From contig JBBDKK010000115.1 in the NCBI GenBank assembly GCA_040879395.1, positions 1-26,751 on the forward strand: DNA of 26,751 nt. Reading direction: 5' to 3'. This DNA comes from Phycisphaerales bacterium (GTDB lineage: Bacteria > Planctomycetota > Phycisphaerae > Phycisphaerales > UBA1924). Below the pieces are notes generated by a model that saw nothing but the letters and a program-made list of their open reading frames with translations, had not been told where the DNA came from and did no database searches. Positions 1 through 7,561 of this stretch are shown here, piece after piece (the first letter of the stretch is position 1; every line of letters begins with the position of its first letter). A program made the position numbers and the translations under genes.

Positions 1-1015
1 CCAGGCGGACGCGGATGGGCTCGTAGCGGCGCTGGCCGAGGTGGTCCTCATCGTTGATCCAGCGCAGGTCGTCTTTGATGGCGGCGGCGAGTTCTTTTCC
101 GAGATCGGCGCGGCGGGTGGAGACGGAAAGGACATGACGCAGGTGGTCGAGTTCCTTGTCCCAGAGGTCCAGGGCCGCCTGACGCATGCTAGCGAGGGTG
201 GAGCGGGTGACGGCGGCGGTGACATTGGGGTTGCCATCGCGGTCGCCGCCGATCCAGGAGCGGTACCGCAGCAAGGCGGGCAGATCGGCCGCGACGATGC
301 CCGCGTGCTCCGGGCCGAAGGCCTGTTCGGCGGCGTAAACGATGTCGCGGATCAGGCGCGGGACGGTCTCCCAGATGGTGGTGGTGAGGAAGTAGATCCC
401 GTTCATCACCTCGTCGGGGACGCCCAGACGCTGGGCGCGAACCTCATCGGTCAGCAGCAGCACCGAAACGATGCGTTCGAGGCGTGCGGAGACCTCTTTA
501 CGCTCGCGAGCGGTAAGGTTCTCATCCCGGAGCGCGACGATGCAGGCAGCAAGGTCTGTCTGCTTGTCGAGGATCGTGCGGCGGCGGGTCTCGGTGGGGT
601 GGGCGGTGAGGGTCGGCTGGATGTCGAGATCGCCCAGGAGCGCGGCGACCCGCTCGGCGGTGAGCCCCGCATCGCGGAGCTTAAGCATGGCCTCGTCGAT
701 TGATTCAGGGCGGGGCGGACCGGATTCACTCGCCCGCTGACGCTCGCGGTTCACACGGATGATGTTGAGCTGCTCGGCCTTGTTGAGCAGGTGGAACCGG
801 GCGGTGCCGATGCGAATGAGATCGGCGATCTCCTGCAGATCCATCTCAGACAACCGATCGGCCGCTTCCTTGAACGCGGGATGATCAAGTTCGTCACCGA
901 CGCCCGCGCACAGATCGGTCAGCTTGCGGACACGATCGCACGCATCGCCGAGCCCGACGCTGACGCACGCGGTATCGAGGGTGTGCTGGATAACCTGCTG
1001 GTCCTGGCTTTGCAT
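1..1015 (-). CDS. ppc: Phosphoenolpyruvate carboxylase, 5' part (runs off the left edge of the window)
   Basis: Manual translation of the minus strand from ATG 1015 (MQSQDQQVIQ...) is open to position 1 and contains LLNKAEQ, QPTLTAHPTETRRRT and RYRSWIGGDRDGNPNVT, the PEPC signature motifs. An in-frame TGA just upstream fixes the start. Not in the ORF track because there is no stop in the window. Confidence 0.96.
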   Translation of the reverse strand, partial: MQSQDQQVIQHTLDTACVSVGLGDACDRVRKLTDLCAGVGDELDHPAFKEAADRLSEMDLQEIADLIRIGTARFHLLNKAEQLNIIRVNRERQRASESGPPRPESIDEAMLKLRDAGLTAERVAALLGDLDIQPTLTAHPTETRRRTILDKQTDLAACIVALRDENLTARERKEVSARLERIVSVLLLTDEVRAQRLGVPDEVMNGIYFLTTTIWETVPRLIRDIVYAAEQAFGPEHAGIVAADLPALLRYRSWIGGDRDGNPNVTAAVTRSTLASMRQAALDLWDKELDHLRHVLSVSTRRADLGKELAAAIKDDLRWINDEDHLGQRRYEPIRVRL

Positions 1016-1020
1016 GGAAG

Positions 1021-1026
1021 ATCATA
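1021..1026 (-). promoter_or_regulatory. Putative -10 hexamer (TATGAT) 5 nt before the ppc ATG; probable leaderless promoter
   Basis: Minus strand reads TATGAT-cttcc-ATG, with no Shine-Dalgarno upstream. Confidence 0.5.
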
Positions 1027-1132
1027 CCGGTCGCGACCACCGGGCGAGGCGCAGAACCAATGGGATCACGGTCTTTGCGGCAGCGCTTGAGGGATGATGC
1101 CGACTTTATTTGTGCCGACCGATGGCGCGCAC

Positions 1133-1175
1133 AAAAAAGGACCCGGGCCGTATCAAACATCTCTGCGGCCTGGGT
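1133..1175 (-). terminator. Probable intrinsic terminator of the catalase-ankyrin transcript
   Basis: Minus strand: ACCCAGGCCG-(15 nt)-CGGCCCGGGT (9/10 bp) then CC and TTTTTT, about 50 nt after the ankyrin gene stop. Confidence 0.6.
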
Positions 1176-1224
1176 AGGGGGGGTCTGTATGAGCTAATGG
1201 GTGTATCCCTTATCTGGGAAGCAC

Positions 1225-1707
1225 TTATACGCTCTTTGTGAGCCATTCGACCAACTTGGGCTGGTCCGTAGTGCGAGCGACATCGAGCGCGGTGCGTCCT
1301 TGGGCGTCGGCGAGGGTCGTGTCCGCGCCGCGGTCGAGCAGCGCGCGGGCGATGCCGGTCTGGGCGAACATGGCCGCCATGATCAGCGCGGTCGCATTTG
1401 CGTTGTTTCTGGCGTTCACATCCGCCCCGCGTTCGATCAGGTGCTGCGCCAGATCCTTGTGGCCCTTGAAGCACAGACCCATCAGCGGCGTGTTGCCCGC
1501 GGCATCGGTCCCGTCGATATCCGCACCCGCGTCCAGCAGCAGGTCCACCATCTCCCGCTGATCGTTGTAGGCGGCGATCATCAGCAGCGAGTAACCGCGA
1601 TGGTCGTGCAGCTCGGGATCGAGCCCCGCCTCGATGAACGCCTGCATCACCTCGGTGTCGCCGCGGCGGGCGATCTCGTGGTAGTCCACATTCTGCGGGT
1701 CGATCAT
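1225..1707 (-). CDS. Ankyrin-repeat protein, catalase-associated (AnkB/Cj1386-like), about 160 aa
   Basis: Ankyrin repeats GYSLLMIAAYN, GNTPLMGLCFKGH, NATALIMAAMF, GRTALDVA. ATG 1707 has GGAG 7 nt upstream; alternative GTG start at 1740 overlaps the catalase stop. Confidence 0.9.
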   Translation of the reverse strand: MIDPQNVDYHEIARRGDTEVMQAFIEAGLDPELHDHRGYSLLMIAAYNDQREMVDLLLDAGADIDGTDAAGNTPLMGLCFKGHKDLAQHLIERGADVNARNNANATALIMAAMFAQTGIARALLDRGADTTLADAQGRTALDVARTTDQPKLVEWLTKSV

Positions 1708-1736
1708 CGCTCGGCTCCGTTCGGGCTGATGTGTGG

Positions 1737-3239
1737 TCACTTCGCGCCCGCCGGCACCGGCGTTCCAGCGGCCTGGAGCGCTTCGCGCACACGCCGCCCG
1801 TAGTCCCCGTCCGCCTTGTCGAAATGCCCGAGCTGCCGCTCGATCACCTCCTGCCGCACGCCCTGCATGGCACCGGCGATGGTCTCGGCGAGGCGGTTCT
1901 TCTCATCCTCGCTCATGAGGCGGTAGAGATCGCCGGCCTGGGTGAAATCGTCGTGGTCCTCACGGGAGTTGTAGCGGTCGACGGTCACATCGCCCAGGTG
2001 CCAGGCGGGCTCGGCGAAGGACTTGTCGGGCTGGGGGGAGCCCTCGATGCTGTTGGGGAAGTAGTTCGGGTGGCCGGTGCCCTCGTCGCCGCGTATGCCG
2101 CCGAACTGGCCGTCCCGCATGTAGTTGCACACCTTGGCCTTGGGACGGTTGACCTTGAGGTCGCGGTAGTTGACGCCGATGCGGTACAGATGGGTATCCT
2201 GGTAGCTCACCAGGCGCCCCTGGAGCATCTTGTCGGGGCTGGGACCCGTGCCGGGCACGAAGGTGTTGGGGTTGAAGGCCGACTGCTCGACCTCGTGGAA
2301 GTAGTTCTCGGGGTTACGGTTGAGTTCCAGCTCGCCCACCTCGATGCGGGGGAAGTCGCCGTGGGGCCACACCTTGGTCAGGTCGAACGGGTTCCAGCGG
2401 AAGTTCTCGGCCTGCTCCTGGGTCATGACCTGGATGAACAGCTTCCACTTGGGGAAGTCGCCCTTCTCGATGCTCTGGTAGAGGTCCCGCTGGTGGCTCT
2501 CGCGGTCTTTGGCGATGGTCGCTGCCGACTCGTCGTTGTTCAGGCACTCGATGCCCTGCTGGGTCTTGAAGTGGAACTTGACCCAGACGCGTTCGCCCGC
2601 GGCGTTGATCATGGAATAGGTATGGCTCCCGAACCCGTCCATGTTGCGGTAGGTCTTGGGGATGCCCCGGTCGCCCATCAGCCAGGTGACCTGGTGGAGA
2701 CTCTCGGGGCAGAGCGACCAGAAGTCCCACTGCATGTCCGAATCGCGCAGGTTGGTCTGCGGGTGGCGCTTCTGCGAGTGGATGAACATCTGGAACTTGT
2801 AGGGATCACGCACGAAGAAAATCGGCGTGTTATTGCCCACAAGGTCCCAGTTGCCCTCATCGGTGTAGAACTTGAGGGCGAAGCCGCGCGGATCGCGCTC
2901 GGCGTCCGCGGCCCCCCGCTCGCCGGCGACGGTCGAGAAGCGGGCGAAGACCTCCGTCTGCTTGCCGACCTTGGAGAACATATCCGCCCGGGTGTACTTG
3001 CTGATGTCGTGGGTGACGGTGAGCGTGCCGTACGCGCCGCTGCCCTTTGCGTGGACCACGCGCTCGGGGATGCGCTCGCGGTTGAAGCGCTGCATCTGCT
3101 CGATGAGGGCGACATCCTGCATGAGCAGCGGCCCGCGCGGACCCGCGGAGAGGGCGTTCTCCTGCTCGGGCAGCGGGGCACCGTCGGCGGTGGTCAGGAC
3201 GGGGCAGTTTTTGGTTGCGTGCTTCTTCTGCTCGGGCAT
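1737..3239 (-). CDS. katA: Monofunctional small-subunit heme catalase (500 aa)
   Basis: Active-site motif FNRERIPERVVHAKG, RFSTVAGERG, RDPRGFALKFYT..GNWDLVGNN, heme-ligand motif RLVSYQDTH; AAGGAG RBS. Confidence 0.97.
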   Translation of the reverse strand: MPEQKKHATKNCPVLTTADGAPLPEQENALSAGPRGPLLMQDVALIEQMQRFNRERIPERVVHAKGSGAYGTLTVTHDISKYTRADMFSKVGKQTEVFARFSTVAGERGAADAERDPRGFALKFYTDEGNWDLVGNNTPIFFVRDPYKFQMFIHSQKRHPQTNLRDSDMQWDFWSLCPESLHQVTWLMGDRGIPKTYRNMDGFGSHTYSMINAAGERVWVKFHFKTQQGIECLNNDESAATIAKDRESHQRDLYQSIEKGDFPKWKLFIQVMTQEQAENFRWNPFDLTKVWPHGDFPRIEVGELELNRNPENYFHEVEQSAFNPNTFVPGTGPSPDKMLQGRLVSYQDTHLYRIGVNYRDLKVNRPKAKVCNYMRDGQFGGIRGDEGTGHPNYFPNSIEGSPQPDKSFAEPAWHLGDVTVDRYNSREDHDDFTQAGDLYRLMSEDEKNRLAETIAGAMQGVRQEVIERQLGHFDKADGDYGRRVREALQAAGTPVPAGAK

Positions 3240-3257
3240 GGCGGGTCGCTCCTTTGT

Positions 3258-3272
3258 TTAGAACCATTCTAG
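3258..3272 (-). promoter_or_regulatory. PerR/Fur-family-like 7-1-7 palindromic operator overlapping a TAGAAT -10 upstream of catalase
   Basis: Minus strand CTAGAAT-G-GTTCTAA, 12/14 identical to the perfect palindrome TTAGAAT-N-ATTCTAA, immediately 5' of the katA RBS. Confidence 0.55.
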
Positions 3273-3423
3273 TTCTATGCCCTGAGATTGGATTTCGACA
3301 CACTGAGGATGGAAATTTCTCGCGCGCCGCGGTCCATTTGCTCGCGGTCAGATTGAGGCGACCCGTTTGCAGGAGTGACCTATGTGTTTGATAACAAAGG
3401 CTTTGAAGCACCACGCAAAACTG

Positions 3424-3502
3424 AGACGGCTCCCCGATCCATGCGGTTGCCGTGTGCAGGGGGAAGTTCATCGGCAGCGCATGGATGTGTGGGGAGCCGT
3501 CT
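3424..3502. repeat. Long imperfect inverted repeat (79-nt hairpin)
   Basis: AGACGGCTCCCC (3424-3435) pairs with GGGGAGCCGTCT (3491-3502); ATCCATGC pairs with GCATGGAT; GTTGCCG pairs with CGGCAGC (one G-U pair). Confidence 0.8.
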
Positions 3503-3556
3503 TGTGTGGTTCGAGCCAGTGAGGCCCGGTAGCTCGTGTGCAAAGTCTTTGAGGGC

Positions 3557-4129
3557 CTAGGCGGTTTTCTGGCCCGCGTGGACGCCCTCGCGGATTTCTT
3601 CGATGGTCTTGTCGATGAAGGCCGGCAGGTCGTCGGGGGTGCGGGAGGTGGTCAGGGCCTGGTCGCAGACGACTTCCTTGTCCACCCAGCGGGCGCCGGC
3701 GTTCTTGAGGTCGGTCTTGAGCGATGGATAGCTGGTCATCTCGCGGCCCTGGAGCACATCGCACTCGATGAGGAGCTGGGGGCCGTGGCAGATGGCCGAG
3801 ACGGGCTTGCCGGCCTTGAAGAAGGCCTTGGTGAACTCCACGGCGTCATTGTTCATGCGCAGTTTGTCCGGGTTCATGACGCCGCCGGGCAATACGAGGG
3901 CGTCGAACTCGTCGACGCGTCCCAGGGCGTCCTTGATGGTCATGTCCACATCATATGAATCACCCCAGTCGCCATCGGTCCATCCCTTGATGGAGCCGGA
4001 TTTGGGGGCGATGATGATCACCTGGGCACCGGCCTCCTTGATCTTCTTGTAGGGCTGGTCGAGTTCGCTGAACTCGTAACCGTCGGTTGCCAGGAAGGCG
4101 ACCTTGGTGTCTTTGAGCTGGTTGGCCAT
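3557..4129 (-). CDS. pfpI: PfpI/DJ-1 family protein (type 1 glutamine amidotransferase-like; YhbO/YraA-type stress protein)
   Basis: DGYEFSEL, FDALVLPGG, nucleophile elbow AICHGP, TSRTPDDLPAF; AAAGGA RBS. Confidence 0.93.
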   Translation of the reverse strand: MANQLKDTKVAFLATDGYEFSELDQPYKKIKEAGAQVIIIAPKSGSIKGWTDGDWGDSYDVDMTIKDALGRVDEFDALVLPGGVMNPDKLRMNNDAVEFTKAFFKAGKPVSAICHGPQLLIECDVLQGREMTSYPSLKTDLKNAGARWVDKEVVCDQALTTSRTPDDLPAFIDKTIEEIREGVHAGQKTA

Positions 4130-4316
4130 GAATGGTGTCCTTTCTTCTCGCTGCTTGCTCTTACAGGGGTACTAAAGCCGACGGCGATATGAGGCGGATG
4201 AGGGGGAAATGAAAATGAGATTATTCTGTACCCCGCGGCGGTGATTTCATCGCTGCGGAACGGCGAGAAGTGCGATTCGGCGGGGATAAATCGGCCAACG
4301 CCGCGGCGGGATGCAC

Positions 4317-4322
4317 TATACT
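4317..4322 (+). promoter_or_regulatory. Putative -10 hexamer (TATACT) 6 nt before the recQ GTG; probable leaderless promoter
   Basis: GCAC-TATACT-ggccct-GTG, with no Shine-Dalgarno. Confidence 0.55.
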
Positions 4323-4328
4323 GGCCCT

Positions 4329-6260
4329 GTGTCACGGACGGCCCCACCCAGCGAGATCTCGAACGAGCCCGATCCACGGATCACCGAGGCGGTGGAGCGG
4401 GTGTGGGGCTTTGATACCCTGCGGCCGATGCAGCTGCGGGCGATCAGGGCGGCGATCGAAGGGCGCGACTGCCTGACGGTGCTGCCCACGGGCGGCGGCA
4501 AGAGCTTGTGCTACCAGGTGCCCCCCTTGATCACGGGGAAGGCGACGATCGTGGTGTCGCCGCTGATCGCGCTGATGCGTGACCAGGTGCGTGGGCTGGA
4601 GCTGCTGGGCTACCGAGCGGCGGCGATGCACTCGGGGCTTGAACCGGATGAATCGCGGGACATTGCCAAACAGCTCGTGACCGGTGAACTGGATCTGATC
4701 CTGGCCGCGCCCGAGCGGATCGTGACGGCTTCGTTCAAGACGCTCATCGGGGTCCTTAGCGAGCAGGGGCGGCTGGGGAGTATCGCCATCGATGAGGCAC
4801 ACTGCATCAGCCAGTGGGGGCACGATTTCCGGCCCGAGTATCGGCGGATCGCCGAGTTGCGGGAGGTGGCGCCGGGGGTCGCGCTGCAGGCGTTCACGGC
4901 GACGGCCACGCCGCGGGTCCGCGAGGACATCGTGCGGCAGTTGAGACTGCGCGATCCGGAGGTGATGGTTGGCGTGTTCGACCGCCCGAACCTGACCTAC
5001 CGGATCCAGGCGCGGGAGAAAGCGGCGGAGCAGATCGCCGCGGCGGTGGGCCGCCACGCCAGCGCGGGCGACAGCAGCGGGGCGATCGTGTATTGCCTGA
5101 GCCGCAAGGACACGGAGAAGATCGCCGCCGAGCTGCGGGAGCTGGGGCTGGACGCCGATGCGTACCACGCGGGGCTGGGCGTGAGCGAGCGGCACAACAT
5201 CGAGCAGGCGTTCAGCAACGAACGGCTGGACATCGTGGTGGCGACGGTGGCGTTCGGGATGGGGATCGATCGGAGCAATGTGCGTCTGGTTGTCCACGCG
5301 AGCATGCCCAAGAGCATCGAGGCGTATCAGCAGGAGACCGGGCGTGCAGGGCGCGACGGGCTGGAGGCCGAGTGCCTGCTGCTGTACGCGCCCAGCGACG
5401 GCGGGCGATGGGAGCGGCTGATCGAACAGTCCGCGGCCGACAGCGGGATCGACCCGCGGGCGCAGCTGGAACTTGTGCGGGACATGCGCCGGTTCGTGGC
5501 CAGCTTTTCCTGCCGCCACAAGTATCTCAGCGGGCACTTCGGTCAGGAGTACCAACCGCCCGAGGGACGCGAGGACTGCGGGGCGTGCGATGTGTGCCTG
5601 GGCGAGACGGCCCCGGAGGAGGATTCCAAGCGGATCGGGCAGATTATTCTCAGCGCCGTGGCCAGGACCGGCGAGCGGTTCGGGGCGGCGCACATCTGCG
5701 ATGTCGTCCGCGGCGGGCAGAGCGAGCGGATCAAGAACCAGGGGCACGACAATCTGCGGGTGCACGGGATGCTCAGCGAGCGTCGCCGTGCGGAGGTGAT
5801 GTCGTTTATCGACCAGCTCATCGCCGCCGACGCCCTGCGGCGGGTGGTGGACGACCGGTTCGAGACGCTTGCGTTCGGGGAGTGCGGGATCGGGGTGATG
5901 AAGGGGCTTGAGCCGGTGGCGATGGCCCGGCCGATCGGCACGGGCAGCGAGAAGAGCGAGCGCAACCGGCGGACGCGTGCCTCGCGGGTGGTGACGCGTC
6001 GTCCGATGAACGAGGACGAGAAGGCGCTGTTCGAGTCGCTGCGGGCCCTTCGCAGGTCCATCGCCGAGGAGCGGGGCGTGCCGCCGTATGTGGTTTTCAA
6101 TGATTCGACGCTGCGGGAGATGGCTCTGGCCAAGCCGGGCAACCGGCACCAGCTTCTGGGGATCCGCGGTATCGGGCAGAAGAAGCTCGATGAGTTCGGG
6201 CGGGTGTTCCTCGACGCGATCGAGAAGCACCTTGCGCGGGGAGCGGCGGGCGATGAGTGA
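4329..6260 (+). CDS. recQ: ATP-dependent DNA helicase RecQ (helicase core, RQC zinc/winged-helix, HRDC)
   Basis: LPTGGGKSLCYQ, IDEAHCISQWGHDFRPEY, ATVAFGMGID, QETGRAGRDG, CRH...CGACDVC, HRDC LRALRRSIA..VPPYVVF. GTG 4329 preferred over ATG 4311 because of the -10 spacing. Confidence 0.97.
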   Translation: MSRTAPPSEISNEPDPRITEAVERVWGFDTLRPMQLRAIRAAIEGRDCLTVLPTGGGKSLCYQVPPLITGKATIVVSPLIALMRDQVRGLELLGYRAAAMHSGLEPDESRDIAKQLVTGELDLILAAPERIVTASFKTLIGVLSEQGRLGSIAIDEAHCISQWGHDFRPEYRRIAELREVAPGVALQAFTATATPRVREDIVRQLRLRDPEVMVGVFDRPNLTYRIQAREKAAEQIAAAVGRHASAGDSSGAIVYCLSRKDTEKIAAELRELGLDADAYHAGLGVSERHNIEQAFSNERLDIVVATVAFGMGIDRSNVRLVVHASMPKSIEAYQQETGRAGRDGLEAECLLLYAPSDGGRWERLIEQSAADSGIDPRAQLELVRDMRRFVASFSCRHKYLSGHFGQEYQPPEGREDCGACDVCLGETAPEEDSKRIGQIILSAVARTGERFGAAHICDVVRGGQSERIKNQGHDNLRVHGMLSERRRAEVMSFIDQLIAADALRRVVDDRFETLAFGECGIGVMKGLEPVAMARPIGTGSEKSERNRRTRASRVVTRRPMNEDEKALFESLRALRRSIAEERGVPPYVVFNDSTLREMALAKPGNRHQLLGIRGIGQKKLDEFGRVFLDAIEKHLARGAAGDE

Positions 6261-6729
6261 AGCAACCGATCCGGGGACGGTGGCGATCATGGAGGTCGAC
6301 GCCGCCACGATCCGCCCGGTGCGGCAGCGGGTGCTGCGTCCGCACCAGCGGGCCGAGGAACTTGTGTACCCCGGCGATGATGACCGGGAAACATTTCACC
6401 TCGCGGCGGTGCGGAACGGGGAGATTCTGGCGATCCTGTCGATGTACCGCCACGCCCAGCCGCCGAGTGATCCGTTCGATGAACCCAAGGCGTGGCGCAT
6501 CCGCGGTATGGCGTCGGTGCCTGAGGCCCGGGGAACGGGGCTGGGGCGCGTGCTTGTCGAGGCGGCGCGGGACCGGGTCTGGCGGGTCAGCACGGACCCG
6601 ATCTGGTGCAATGCGCGGGAGAACGCGTTCGGGTTCTACGAGAAGCTCGGGTTTGGCATCGTGGGCGGGATCTTTGAGATCGAGGGGATCGGCCCGCACG
6701 CGGTGATGGTGCTCAGGCCGGGGGCGTGA
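6253..6729 (+). CDS. GNAT family N-acetyltransferase (158 aa)
   Basis: RQRVLRP, acetyl-CoA motif A RGMASVPEARGTGLG, IWCNAR..AFGFYEKLGF; ATG overlaps the recQ stop by 8 nt. Confidence 0.9.
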   Translation: MSEATDPGTVAIMEVDAATIRPVRQRVLRPHQRAEELVYPGDDDRETFHLAAVRNGEILAILSMYRHAQPPSDPFDEPKAWRIRGMASVPEARGTGLGRVLVEAARDRVWRVSTDPIWCNARENAFGFYEKLGFGIVGGIFEIEGIGPHAVMVLRPGA

Positions 6730-7555
6730 CGGGGGCGGCCTTCTTGCGGGCGCGGCGGGAGCCGGTCTTCATGTTGATGAGTTCGACGGCGATGGCGAAG
6801 GCCATGGCGAAGTAGATGTAGCCGCGGGGGAAGTGCTGGCCGATGCCCTCGGCCACCAGCAGCACGCCGATGAGCACCAGGAACGAGAGCGCCAGGTTCT
6901 TCATCGTGGGGTGGGTGTTGACGAAGCGGGCGATCGGCCCGGCAAAGGCGAGCATGACGCCGATGGAGATGACCACCGCGGTGGCCATGATCCAGTAGTT
7001 GCTGGTCATGCCCACGGCGGTGATGACCGAATCCAGGGAGAAGACCATGTCCAGCAGCAGCACCTGCGTGAGCACGGAGGCGACGGTGACCGTCTTGCGC
7101 TTCATCAGCGGGCGCTTCTCGGGGTCGGCCGGGTCCGCCTTGCCGTGCTCGACGCTTTCCATCAGGTGATGGATCTCCAGCGTGGCCTTGCCGATGAGAA
7201 AGAGCCCGCCGACGATCAGGAGCAGGGATTTGCCGGTGATCTCTTGGTCCATGACCGTGAACAGCGGGGTCGTGAGCTGGACGATGAGGTAGGCCAGGGC
7301 CAGCAGGATCAGTCGCATGACCATGGCCATCAGCAGGCCGATGTTGCGGATCCGTGCCTGTTTCTCCTTGGGGAGCTTGTCGGCGAGGATGGCGATGAAA
7401 ACGACATTGTCCACGCCCAGCACGATTTCAAGGATGGTAATCGTGAGCAGGGCCATGAGGCCCGCGGCGGACCAGAAGGCGACTTCTTCCGGGCCGCCGG
7501 TGATGGTGCTGGTGTCGGCCAGGGCGGGGAGCAGGATGGAGAAGAACGCTTCCAT
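6713..7555 (-). CDS. TerC family integral membrane protein
   Basis: LEIVLGVDNVVFIAI and DMVFSLDSVITAVG acidic TerC motifs, multiple hydrophobic helices, GYIYFAMAF near the C-terminus. Confidence 0.92.
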   Translation of the reverse strand: MEAFFSILLPALADTSTITGGPEEVAFWSAAGLMALLTITILEIVLGVDNVVFIAILADKLPKEKQARIRNIGLLMAMVMRLILLALAYLIVQLTTPLFTVMDQEITGKSLLLIVGGLFLIGKATLEIHHLMESVEHGKADPADPEKRPLMKRKTVTVASVLTQVLLLDMVFSLDSVITAVGMTSNYWIMATAVVISIGVMLAFAGPIARFVNTHPTMKNLALSFLVLIGVLLVAEGIGQHFPRGYIYFAMAFAIAVELINMKTGSRRARKKAAPVTPPA

Positions 7556-7561
7556 GGCGGA

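Noticed and set aside
41-1090. Plus-strand ORFs 41..703 and 791..1090
   Set aside because: Antisense shadows of ppc, which has unambiguous PEPC motifs on the minus strand.
1731-3272. 513-aa plus-strand ORF
   Set aside because: Antisense shadow of catalase; no recognisable motifs; long antisense ORFs are expected at this GC content.
3508-3517. GGTTCGAGCC, resembling a tRNA T-loop
   Set aside because: No 5-bp T-stem, acceptor stem or anticodon arm can be built around it.
4332-6308. 658-aa minus-strand ORF and other nested ORFs in recQ
   Set aside because: Antisense or alternate-frame shadows of recQ.
7556-7561. yybP-ykoY (Mn2+) riboswitch expected upstream of a TerC gene
   Set aside because: Only 6 nt separate nuoN and terC; no such element is visible.
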